From: an uncultured Clostridia bacterium
GTDB taxonomy: Bacteria > Bacillota > Clostridia > Christensenellales > UBA1242
Assembly: GCA_944384415.1 (NCBI GenBank)
Contig: CALWTF010000018.1
Coordinates: 2,605-66,604, forward strand
Direction of reading: 5' to 3'
DNA length: 64,000 nt
Part shown: in pieces, positions 28,237 to 36,612 of the stretch
How the letters are laid out: every line of letters starts with the position of its first letter
How positions within the stretch are numbered: position 1 is the stretch's first letter
Program-made: the position numbers and the translations under genes
Notes under the pieces: generated by a model
Databases searched by the model: none
Seen by the model: only the letters and a program-made list of their open reading frames with translations
What the model was told of the DNA's origin: nothing

Positions 28237-29418
28237 ATGGTTACAATGACAACTGCCCAAAATGCATTAAAAGATATTTATTTAGATGTTGTAGCTAATC
28301 AACTTAATACACAAACTAATGCGTTATATAATCAAATAAAAAATTCTAATGCAGATGTTTATGGGCGTGAAGTACAAAAACTTGCACCATATGGAATTAA
28401 CGGTGGTGTTGGTGCTGGTGATGAGGGAGGAGTTCTTCCTAAATCGGCAGAAAATAAATATGTTCTTTTTACAAGTTCATTAAAAAATTTATTTGGTACT
28501 ATAGAGATTTCAGATAAAGCTATTCGTGCATCTGCTGATGATGCTGGTGCTTTTGTAAATTTATTAAATGCAGAAATGGAAGGATTGTTACAAGCTAGCA
28601 AATTTAATTTAGGTCGTATGTTATATGGAAATGGTTCAGGTTTGTTGGCTAGTATTTCTTCTGCATCAAGTACTACTAATTTAATAACTTGTAATAATGT
28701 TCAAAATTTAATTGAGGGTATGCTTATTGATATTTATTCAAGCTCTGGAACTCAAATTTCTGATTTTACTGGAATTAGAATTTTAAAAATAGATAGAAAT
28801 AATAAAACTATTCAAGTTTCAAAAAATATAACATCAACTTTTCAATCAGCTGCATCTGGGGCGCAAATATATGTTCAAAACAGTAAAGATAGTGAAATTT
28901 CTGGATTGGGTAAAGTGTTTGAAACAAGTGGTTCAATTTACGGTTTAAGTAGAACTTTATATCCATGGCTTAATAGTTATCAAAAAGAAAAAACCTCATC
29001 TGAAACTTTTAATGAGATTTATTTACAAACAGCTATTGATGAGGTTTCGTTAAGAACGGGAAATGATATTAATTTTTTAGTTACTACATCTGCTGTTAAA
29101 AGAAAATTTGCTTCAACATTATTATCAAATTCTAGAAATATAGATACTACAAACTTAAATGGTGGTTATCAATCATTATCATATAATGGTATACCATTGG
29201 TTAGTGATAGATTTGTTCCAGATGGAACTATGTATTTACTTAATACAAATGATTTTGTTATGCATCAGCTTTGTGATTGGGAGTGGTTGTGTAATGAAGA
29301 TGGTTCAATTTTAAAACAAAAGGAAGGATATGCAAGATATTTTGCTACATTGGTTAAATATGCCGAGTTAGTTTGTAATAAACCAGGCAGTCAATGTATG
29401 TTAACAAAACTTGCATAA
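28237..29418 (+). CDS. Major capsid protein, paralog 1
   Basis: 393 aa with RBS AAGGGAG. Position and size fit an HK97-fold MCP. Strongly similar to the next ORF at both termini. Confidence 0.65.
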   Translation: MVTMTTAQNALKDIYLDVVANQLNTQTNALYNQIKNSNADVYGREVQKLAPYGINGGVGAGDEGGVLPKSAENKYVLFTSSLKNLFGTIEISDKAIRASADDAGAFVNLLNAEMEGLLQASKFNLGRMLYGNGSGLLASISSASSTTNLITCNNVQNLIEGMLIDIYSSSGTQISDFTGIRILKIDRNNKTIQVSKNITSTFQSAASGAQIYVQNSKDSEISGLGKVFETSGSIYGLSRTLYPWLNSYQKEKTSSETFNEIYLQTAIDEVSLRTGNDINFLVTTSAVKRKFASTLLSNSRNIDTTNLNGGYQSLSYNGIPLVSDRFVPDGTMYLLNTNDFVMHQLCDWEWLCNEDGSILKQKEGYARYFATLVKYAELVCNKPGSQCMLTKLA

Positions 29419-29429
29419 AAGGAGGATTT

Positions 29430-30590
29430 ATGGTTACTTTATCAACAGCTAATGAGGCTTTAAAAACAATGTATTTAGATGTAGTTGCTAATCAACTTAA
29501 TACTAACACTCATCCATTTTTAGCAAAAATTGAAAAAACAAGTGTTGATGTTGTTGGAAAAAATGTTAAAAAATTGGTTCCTTATGGAGTTAATGGTGGT
29601 GTTGGTGCTGGAACTGAAACAGGAAGTTTACCTTCTAGTGGATATAATAATTATGTTTTGTTTACATCAACTTTAAAAAATTTGTATGGAACAATTGAAA
29701 TATCAGACAAAGCACTTCGTGCATCTTCTAATGAAGCTGGTGCGTTTGTTAATTTGCTTAATGCCGAAATTGAAGGTATGTTAAGTGCAAGCAGATTCAA
29801 TATGAGTAGAATGCTATATGGTAATGGAAGTGGTTTGCTTACAACTGGTGTTGCAACTAGTAGTGGTGGATACACTTTTACGGCTGAAAGCTTAAACAAT
29901 TTAATGGTAGGTATGAGTGTTGATATTTATGTAAATTCAGTTTTCTCACACACAGCAAGAATTTTAAGCTGGGATTATGAATTAAACACATTAACTTTTG
30001 ATGTTGCTGCAACTGCAGATATGGCTGATGAAGATAATGTAGTTTCTTTATATTTACAAGGAAGTAAAGACAAAGAAATTACTGGATTAGGTGCAATTTT
30101 TGGTGGTTCAAATTTGTATGGTTTGAATGTTTCTGACTATGAATTTTTAAAGCCAACAACAAAAACTGTTACATCTTCTAATTTTAGTATTTCATCATTA
30201 ATGGAAGTAATAGATGAACTTGATGAACAAAAAGGCGCAAAAATTAATTTTATAACTGGGTCATTTGATGCAAGAAGGAAATATCAATCTTTAATAGCTA
30301 GTTCAAAACTTAATTTAGATGTTATGAATTTGGAAGGTGGATATAAAGCTATTAGCTTTAATGGTATTCCATTTATAACAGATAGATTTGTTGAAAGTTG
30401 TGAGATTTATATGTTGAATAGTGATGATTTTAAACTTCATCAACTTTGTGATTGGGAATGGATTTCAAATGATAAAGGGCAGATTTTAAAACAAAAAGAA
30501 GGTTATCCAATACATACAGCAACTTTGGTTAAATATGCTGAACTGATTTGTGATAAACCAGGTGGTCAAGGTAAATTGACAATATCTTAA
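29430..30590 (+). CDS. Major capsid protein, paralog 2
   Basis: 386 aa from ATG 29430 behind AAGGAGG. Shares YLDVVANQLNT, NGGVGAG, GTIEISDKA, AGAFVNLLNAE, RMLYGNGSGLL, HQLCDWEW, ILKQKEGY and ATLVKYAEL with paralog 1. Confidence 0.65.
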   Translation: MVTLSTANEALKTMYLDVVANQLNTNTHPFLAKIEKTSVDVVGKNVKKLVPYGVNGGVGAGTETGSLPSSGYNNYVLFTSTLKNLYGTIEISDKALRASSNEAGAFVNLLNAEIEGMLSASRFNMSRMLYGNGSGLLTTGVATSSGGYTFTAESLNNLMVGMSVDIYVNSVFSHTARILSWDYELNTLTFDVAATADMADEDNVVSLYLQGSKDKEITGLGAIFGGSNLYGLNVSDYEFLKPTTKTVTSSNFSISSLMEVIDELDEQKGAKINFITGSFDARRKYQSLIASSKLNLDVMNLEGGYKAISFNGIPFITDRFVESCEIYMLNSDDFKLHQLCDWEWISNDKGQILKQKEGYPIHTATLVKYAELICDKPGGQGKLTIS

Positions 30591-30596
30591 CAAATG

Positions 30597-30627
30597 GGTG
30601 AGCTAAATATAGCTCACCTTTGTTTTT
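30597..30627 (+). terminator. Strong rho-independent terminator immediately after the second capsid gene
   Basis: GGTGAGCT-aaatat-AGCTCACC followed by TTTGTTTTT. Confidence 0.8.
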
Positions 30628-30642
30628 AAAAGGATAAATATA

Positions 30643-31020
30643 ATGTTAATAAAAATTTTAAGAGATGTTTTTGATATTGTGGAAAGAATTAAACAAATTG
30701 ATAGTGGATATTTTATTTGTTTTAATTTAAAGAAAAACAGGTATGAAGTTCATAATTATAAACAAGCAAATACATTTTGTTTGGTTGTTCCTTATAAAAA
30801 TTTAGATGCTAGAACTTTAAGTTTTGTTAGAAAAACAAAAAGAGAAAATTTTAAAAAACTTATTGCCGAAATAGATGAAAATAATAAAAAAATTGAAAAT
30901 GAGGCTTTAAGAGTAATAAAAGATAAATCTGAATGGAAGTTAAAAGAAATGTTTTCTTTTGCTAATCACCGAGAAGGTGATGTTAGTTTTAATGATGCCT
31001 ATTCAACAAAATGGGCTTAA
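30643..31020 (+). CDS. Hypothetical phage protein (125 aa)
   Basis: Good ORF in the structural operon; no motif recognised. The position suggests a head-completion or adaptor role. Confidence 0.4.
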   Translation: MLIKILRDVFDIVERIKQIDSGYFICFNLKKNRYEVHNYKQANTFCLVVPYKNLDARTLSFVRKTKRENFKKLIAEIDENNKKIENEALRVIKDKSEWKLKEMFSFANHREGDVSFNDAYSTKWA

Positions 31021-31032
31021 AAGGAGATAGTA

Positions 31033-31599
31033 ATGACTGTTTTAGATGTTTTAAAAATAACATGTAGAAATTTAGGACTTGAGGAATTTTTAAGTTTAAC
31101 AGAATTTGGCGGTAATGAGGTTGCAACTGATGAACAAGCTTTACAAATTGAGCAATTAATTGCTTGCGTTAATGATGTGAATCAGTCAATAGCATATATG
31201 TATTTGCCTTTGAAAACAATAGAAAACATAACTATTAATAATAAAAAATTTGAATATTCAAAATTTGCTAAAACATTAATAGAAATTTTATGGATAAAAA
31301 ATGCTTCAGGCTTAAAACAAAAACATACATGTTTTCCAACATTTCTAAGTTGTGAAAACGGTAGTTATACGGTTAATTATACATACGCACCTAGTTTTGT
31401 AAACAATGTAAATGATGTTTTAGATGTTCATTTTAAAATAGATGCAAGAACTATGGCTTATGGTGTTACATCTAGATATTATTTATTAAAAGGACTTTTT
31501 TCAGAAGCAAATGCTTGGGATATTAGATTTCAGCAATCTTTACTTGTGGCTTCTAGGCGTAATTCTAATATTAGAATGTATGACAGGGGGTGGTTATAA
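31033..31599 (+). CDS. Hypothetical virion protein (188 aa), adaptor / tail-tubular-A-like by position
   Basis: RBS AAGGAG. Its stop overlaps the next start (TAATG). Size and position are analogous to T7 gp11; no sequence motif is claimed. Confidence 0.4.
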   Translation: MTVLDVLKITCRNLGLEEFLSLTEFGGNEVATDEQALQIEQLIACVNDVNQSIAYMYLPLKTIENITINNKKFEYSKFAKTLIEILWIKNASGLKQKHTCFPTFLSCENGSYTVNYTYAPSFVNNVNDVLDVHFKIDARTMAYGVTSRYYLLKGLFSEANAWDIRFQQSLLVASRRNSNIRMYDRGWL

Positions 31600-33116
31600 T
31601 GTTTTATAATGATATACTTCCGGTTAGTAATCAAACAATTTTAAAAGTTAAGTTATCTAATTTTTCTTCAGGATTAAATACAAAAATTGAACAAAATATT
31701 TTACCTTTAAATGTTGCAACTTTGTCATACAACTTTGATTTTAATTCAGGGGCGTTAGTTCAAGGAATGGGTTTTAAGGAATTAACTATTGATGCTTATA
31801 CTGAAACTGAAAGCGGGGATAAACTGTATTTTGGAGAAAAAAACCTTAATGTTCCTAGCACTGTTTCTGAGGTGAAAGCTGTATATGTTTTTAGAAGGCA
31901 TCAACAGGAAAGATATAGTCCGCTTTTATTAATTTTTGCTGATAGTTATCTATATTACACATTATTTATGACTACACTAACTGAATTTATAAAAGTAAAC
32001 AATTATACATTTGAAAAAACACCGATTGGAATTAATATGTATTTTTCTGATGATTATAGAATGGTTTTTTGTAGTCAAGCAACTAATGATTCACTTTCAA
32101 GTGTAGATGGTTATATGAATTTGGTTAGATATAATACTGCTCCTAAATTTTTTTCTCTTGCCGAACATGCAGGAAGATTGTTTGCCGTTGTTGGAAAAGA
32201 AAAAGATGAGCTTTGGTTTTCTGATGACACTAATCCTTGTAATTGGGTTCCTGAAGTGTTTAATGGTGGTTACATAAAAGTGGTTGATGAAAGAGGTTGT
32301 ATTAATAACTTAATATCTCACAATAATTACTTATATTTGATAAGAGATTATGGAATTTCAAGATTATCGGGATTTGGTGATGAAACTGAGTTTGTAATAA
32401 AAAATTTATCATTATCTAATTCGCAAATATATGGTAAAACTGCAACTTTATGTGGTGATTATATTTTTATGTTGTGTAAAGATGGTATATACAATTTTGA
32501 TGGTTTAAATATTAATAAAATAAATTTGGGGTTTGAAAGTTTATTGGAAAATGCGCCAAACCAAAATGCTGTTGGTGCTTTTTTAGATGGTAAATATTAT
32601 GTTGCTTGTAGATTAAATTTTAAAGATAATGAAACTGTAGGCAGTGAAATTAATGAAGATAGCAAAAACAATTGCTTGATTGAATATGATATAAATTCTG
32701 GTGAATATTCAATTTTAAGAGGGGTAAATATCTGTAATTTAACTGCAATACAGTTTGAAACAATTCACAAGATTGTGGCTTGTTTTGCATCTGATTATAA
32801 AAATAAACTTGGTGAACTAACACACGATGGCTTGATTTTTGGTACTCCTACTAAAAAAGTGTGGAGTTCTCCTCAAACCGATTTGGGTTATCCTGATAAA
32901 ATTAAGGTATTAAAAAATTTTTATATAAACACTCAAGAAGATATTATATTAAAAATTAAAGCTGATGATACAACTCATACATATAAAATTAAAGGAAGTT
33001 CAAAACCAAGAAGATTAGCAACCGCTTTAAGAGCTAGTATTTTTAAAATTGACATAATTTCGGAAACTGCAAATTGTAATATATCTAATCCACAAATAGA
33101 AATCGCTTTGGTATAG
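31599..33116 (+). CDS. Hypothetical virion protein (505 aa), beta-propeller-like; nozzle / tail-tubular-B-like by position
   Basis: RBS GGGGGTGG. Blade-like motifs recur every ~40-50 aa (GRLFAVVGKEKDELWFSD, NYLYLIRDYGISRLSG, GDYIFMLCKDGIYNFDG, DGKYYVACR). Confidence 0.4.
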   Translation: MFYNDILPVSNQTILKVKLSNFSSGLNTKIEQNILPLNVATLSYNFDFNSGALVQGMGFKELTIDAYTETESGDKLYFGEKNLNVPSTVSEVKAVYVFRRHQQERYSPLLLIFADSYLYYTLFMTTLTEFIKVNNYTFEKTPIGINMYFSDDYRMVFCSQATNDSLSSVDGYMNLVRYNTAPKFFSLAEHAGRLFAVVGKEKDELWFSDDTNPCNWVPEVFNGGYIKVVDERGCINNLISHNNYLYLIRDYGISRLSGFGDETEFVIKNLSLSNSQIYGKTATLCGDYIFMLCKDGIYNFDGLNINKINLGFESLLENAPNQNAVGAFLDGKYYVACRLNFKDNETVGSEINEDSKNNCLIEYDINSGEYSILRGVNICNLTAIQFETIHKIVACFASDYKNKLGELTHDGLIFGTPTKKVWSSPQTDLGYPDKIKVLKNFYINTQEDIILKIKADDTTHTYKIKGSSKPRRLATALRASIFKIDIISETANCNISNPQIEIALV

Positions 33117-33124
33117 GTGATGGT

Positions 33125-34942
33125 ATGAATGATAATTTTAATAACAAATGGGGAAAAGAAGCTTACCTTTTGATTGAAGAGTTAGAAGAAAAAATTGAAG
33201 CTTTAAAAAACCTTTATTCTACATTAAAAAATACAATTGCAGATTGTAATGTTGATATTGAAACAATTAATGCAAATTGGTTATCTTTAAATAATGATAT
33301 TAGTGGTTTGGAAGCTGATGTTCAAATTATTCAAAATTCGTTAAACGATGTTGATAGTGACTATCAAGAGTTATTAACTTCCATTGAAAATATTAATGAA
33401 GATGTTAATACGATACAAAACAAGTTAACAACTGTTCAAGATGATATAACCAACTTAAATAATGAGTTGCAAGATGTTGAAAATTTACAAACTTTTAAAA
33501 ACATAAATTGTATAGATAATGAACTTAAAAGTATTCATACATATCAGGAAATAAATACTTTTTACAATATAGATGCCAGAATGACAGCTGATTCAACATA
33601 TAAAATAGTTAGTTTTAAATCTGATAAGGAATTTCCTACAAAAATTTATGTAACATTTTCTGCTAGGGCATATGTGCAAGGAGTTTATGGAAGTGCAAGA
33701 TTGGATTTTTATATAGATTCAAATTTAATATACTCAAAAGAAGTTTATTGTGAAGATGAAGAAGAGTTGTATTCGTTTGAATTTGATTTCTTTCCAACGG
33801 GTGAAAAACAAGATTTTAAAATGAAAATGACACATTTAAACCAGGTTTCGGGAACAAATGTTAGAATATGTATGCAATATATTCGGATAAAAATGTGTGG
33901 AAAAAGATGTTTTTTTTATGAAAATGAAGGTGGAATTATTGCATATGATTATCAAAACTCAAAAAGTATTGGTGTAGGCACTGCTTCAGTTTATCATTTT
34001 GGAAATTTTTGTAGATATTTGCGTTTATGGGAGCACGATGCTATAACCAAAAAATTGAAAGATTGGAACACTTCTGATTATAATGCAGTATCAAATGCTT
34101 CAATACCAACTTCGGGATTTATTGCTAATAAAAAAATTTGTATTAACAGATGTATAAAAGATGATGGAAGCCTTTTTTATGGTTTGAACTTTTATTATGT
34201 TACTGATTTAGGTGCTGTACAGGTTTTGTGGTTTAATGTTTATAATAAGGGTGATAAAATGAGTTGGTCTTTGGCATCAACATTAGGTATGGTGTCTATA
34301 ATTGCACCTGTTGAATTTAATAATTATGAAAATTTAATAAGTTACGGTTATAACTTAGGTGCAACAAGACGACCAAATCACACATTTTCTATGATATTAT
34401 TTTATAAAACTTATACTGATGGAGTATGGAAAACTGCATTAATTACAGATTATAGATACGCTACCGAAATTGCTTTGGTTTCAATACCAGAAACGGTAGG
34501 GAATGTTGTAGATGTTTTTACAACCTTTAACATTGGTAATAATTCACAACAATTTAGTTGTTTACCAATATTTTTAAATGATGATGACGATATTTATATT
34601 GTTCCATACAATTTGGATAAAACTAAAATATGTTTGAGTTCCGATGTTGAGTATTCGTTGCCAGAAAATTATTATTTAGTTCCAGTTGAAAATGAAACTT
34701 TCCCATTGTATGTAGGAAAAGGAATTAATCCATTTGCTTGTTACAAAGAAGATGGACAACTATATATCTATTATTCGTATATAAACAGAATTTACGAACG
34801 GATTTTTAATTTTACAAACAATAAGTTAAGTTTGCCAAGGTTTGTTTGTGATGGGCAATGGTATAGTGAAGGTGAGTTCGCTTATAATGTAAGAAAAAAT
34901 GGGGTTATGCACAGTGTATCAAAATGCGACATACAAAAGTAG
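33125..34942 (+). CDS. Tail fibre / receptor-binding-like protein (605 aa)
   Basis: The N-terminal ~120 aa form a heptad-like coiled coil (EELEEKIEALKNLYSTLKN..., VNTIQNKLTTVQDDITNLNNELQDVENLQ). An aromatic-rich, beta-looking C-terminal part follows. Confidence 0.4.
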   Translation: MNDNFNNKWGKEAYLLIEELEEKIEALKNLYSTLKNTIADCNVDIETINANWLSLNNDISGLEADVQIIQNSLNDVDSDYQELLTSIENINEDVNTIQNKLTTVQDDITNLNNELQDVENLQTFKNINCIDNELKSIHTYQEINTFYNIDARMTADSTYKIVSFKSDKEFPTKIYVTFSARAYVQGVYGSARLDFYIDSNLIYSKEVYCEDEEELYSFEFDFFPTGEKQDFKMKMTHLNQVSGTNVRICMQYIRIKMCGKRCFFYENEGGIIAYDYQNSKSIGVGTASVYHFGNFCRYLRLWEHDAITKKLKDWNTSDYNAVSNASIPTSGFIANKKICINRCIKDDGSLFYGLNFYYVTDLGAVQVLWFNVYNKGDKMSWSLASTLGMVSIIAPVEFNNYENLISYGYNLGATRRPNHTFSMILFYKTYTDGVWKTALITDYRYATEIALVSIPETVGNVVDVFTTFNIGNNSQQFSCLPIFLNDDDDIYIVPYNLDKTKICLSSDVEYSLPENYYLVPVENETFPLYVGKGINPFACYKEDGQLYIYYSYINRIYERIFNFTNNKLSLPRFVCDGQWYSEGEFAYNVRKNGVMHSVSKCDIQK

Positions 34943-35009
34943 AAATTTTATAACTTATTTTCTACATCAAAAAAAATATACAAATTATTTATATAATGGA
35001 GGAGCTTTT

Positions 35010-35822
35010 ATGGCACAAAAGTATAAAATTGAAAATATTACTAATAGTAATGTTAAAACTTCGTTGCCTGAAACTGTTCAAAATAAATTCAAGGAAATAG
35101 ATGAAAAATTTTCAGGTGAAGAACAAATTTGGAATGAAAGAAAAAACTATTATGATACAATTACAGATGTTGCAAAAGTTAAAGCAGAACAAAATTTGCA
35201 AGATTATAAAACACAAAATTTAAACAATATTGAAAGTGAATATCAACAAGATTTAAGAAATTTCAATTCTAATAAAACAGATGAAAAAAATAAATTGCTT
35301 TCACAGAAACAAGGTTTAGTTGATTCGGCTGAAAAAACAAAAGCTGATTTAAAACAACAAGCTTTAGAAAGTGGTTGGAGATATTCAAGTATATATGAAA
35401 ATGGATTAAAAGAGATTGATTCTAATTTACAAAAAGAAACTGAAATGTTAAAAGAAGACTTTTATGTTCAACAAAATATTTATAATTTAAAAAAGACATT
35501 ATTGGAAACTGAAAAAGAAAATGCTTTATCAAATTTTGATATTGCATATGCAAATAAACTAGAAAAAGAAATTCAAAATATAACAAAAGAAATGCAAAAT
35601 TCAGAAGAGATGCCATATTCTTTAAAAGATATTGAACAACAATTAAGTGACATTTCTAATCAAAAGCAAACTCAAAAGGCTCAAACATTGTTTAATTATG
35701 TTGGAAGTTTGAGCAAACAAGATGCACTAAACTTTTTAAATGATGAACAAAATTCTTTAAAAAACGAAGTGGGTCAAGATTGGTACAATAGCATTGTTAA
35801 CTGGATAAAGGTAAATAAATAA
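35010..35822 (+). CDS. Hypothetical all-helical Q/K/E/N-rich phage protein (270 aa)
   Basis: Start at ATG 35010 behind GGAGGAG. The upstream part of the track ORF overlaps the previous gene. No motif recognised. Confidence 0.4.
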   Translation: MAQKYKIENITNSNVKTSLPETVQNKFKEIDEKFSGEEQIWNERKNYYDTITDVAKVKAEQNLQDYKTQNLNNIESEYQQDLRNFNSNKTDEKNKLLSQKQGLVDSAEKTKADLKQQALESGWRYSSIYENGLKEIDSNLQKETEMLKEDFYVQQNIYNLKKTLLETEKENALSNFDIAYANKLEKEIQNITKEMQNSEEMPYSLKDIEQQLSDISNQKQTQKAQTLFNYVGSLSKQDALNFLNDEQNSLKNEVGQDWYNSIVNWIKVNK

Positions 35823-35823
35823 A

Positions 35824-36072
35824 ATGTTTGAACAAGCAATTGAAATGGCTATTTCTAATGGGATTTGGGCTGTTATGTTTTTAAGTTTATTAATATATTT
35901 GTTAAAAGACAGTTCAAAACGAGAAAAAAAATATATGTTGCTTGTAGACAATTTGACTCATAAATATGGTTTGCTTAAAAAAATTGACAAAGAATTAAGT
36001 GTTGTAAGTGCAAATGTTTTAACTATTAAAACATTATGTTTTGTAAAAAAGGAGGCTGCTAGTGCTTATTAA
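35824..36072 (+). CDS. BhlA/UviB/XhlA-type holin-like peptide
   Basis: 82 aa. MFEQAIEMAISNGIWAVMFLSLLIYLLKDSSKREKKY matches the family pattern: one N-terminal TM segment (..QG.FAVLF..LLFY..K) followed by a charged helical tail. Confidence 0.6.
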   Translation: MFEQAIEMAISNGIWAVMFLSLLIYLLKDSSKREKKYMLLVDNLTHKYGLLKKIDKELSVVSANVLTIKTLCFVKKEAASAY

Positions 36073-36376
36073 TTTTTTAGCTCAAATAAAAAGCTACAGT
36101 TTCTGGCTTTCTTTGGCAAGTGCCTGTTTATTGTTATTACAAGCGGTGGGTAAGCCTTTGGGGTTAGAAATAAATGAAGAAGTTTATATGTCTATAATAA
36201 ATGGTATTTTAGGAATTTTTGTTGTTCTAGGTATTGTTACATATCCTAATGTTGAACAAAATCAAGATAAAGATGATAATATAGATGTTGAGCAAGATAT
36301 TAACAAAAAAGATAACTTAAATGAACAACAATCAGAAAATTTATGTGATAATGAAAACATAAAAAACTTTGAATAG
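36062..36376 (+). CDS. Two-TM phage holin (XhlB/BhlB-like)
   Basis: GTG start behind AAGGAGG. TM1 FWLSLASACLLLLQAVGKPLGLEINEEV resembles the XhlB ...LGKSPLDIQEEQV segment. TM2 is INGILGIFVVLGIV. The tail is acidic. Confidence 0.5.
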   Translation: MLINFLAQIKSYSFWLSLASACLLLLQAVGKPLGLEINEEVYMSIINGILGIFVVLGIVTYPNVEQNQDKDDNIDVEQDINKKDNLNEQQSENLCDNENIKNFE

Positions 36377-36400
36377 AATTATAGTTACATATTTTAAATA

Positions 36401-36430
36401 AAAAAAGAGGTTGAAAAAACCTCTTTTTTT
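36401..36430 (+). terminator. Rho-independent terminator closing the phage-like block
   Basis: A-run, GAGGTT-gaaaa-AACCTC stem, then TTTTTTT. Confidence 0.8.
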
Positions 36431-36540
36431 ATTTAACTTGGAGTTGACAAAAATTTTTATGTGTGTTAAACTTTTATTCAACAGTAATTAGATAAAAACA
36501 ATATAAAGTAACTTTCCATTAAGTTTGTACAATAATTTGT

Positions 36541-36569
36541 TTGATTTTATTTTGCTTTTCTTATATAAT
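36541..36569 (+). promoter_or_regulatory. Sigma-A-type promoter (TTGATT-17 nt-TATAAT) for the downstream membrane-protein genes
   Basis: TTGATT at 36541-36546 and TATAAT at 36564-36569. Confidence 0.55.
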
Positions 36570-36612
36570 AATATAGAATAGTAATTTAATATATGTAAGT
36601 TGGGTAAGTTAT

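Larger units (their letters stand above)
22306..36430 (+). mobile_element. Phage-derived head / short-tail / holin gene block lacking integrase, replication, lysogeny and endolysin genes (defective prophage remnant or domesticated phage-like-particle locus)
   Basis: Contiguous same-strand genes: regulator, TerL, portal, scaffold, 2x MCP, virion proteins, 2 holins. The block ends at a strong terminator. One opposite-strand SH3b gene sits inside it. Housekeeping genes flank both sides. Confidence 0.7.

Noticed and set aside
28237-30590. Encapsulin nanocompartment shell genes (HK97-fold proteins outside a phage).
   Set aside because: They sit directly after a terminase, portal and scaffold-like gene and before tail-like genes. 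No cargo-type enzyme with a targeting peptide is adjacent.
22306-36430. Intact, inducible temperate prophage.
   Set aside because: No integrase, repressor, replication, tape-measure or endolysin genes are present. I saw no obvious flanking direct repeats of 15 bp or more by eye, but this needs a computational check. At ~14 kb the block is too small to be self-sufficient.
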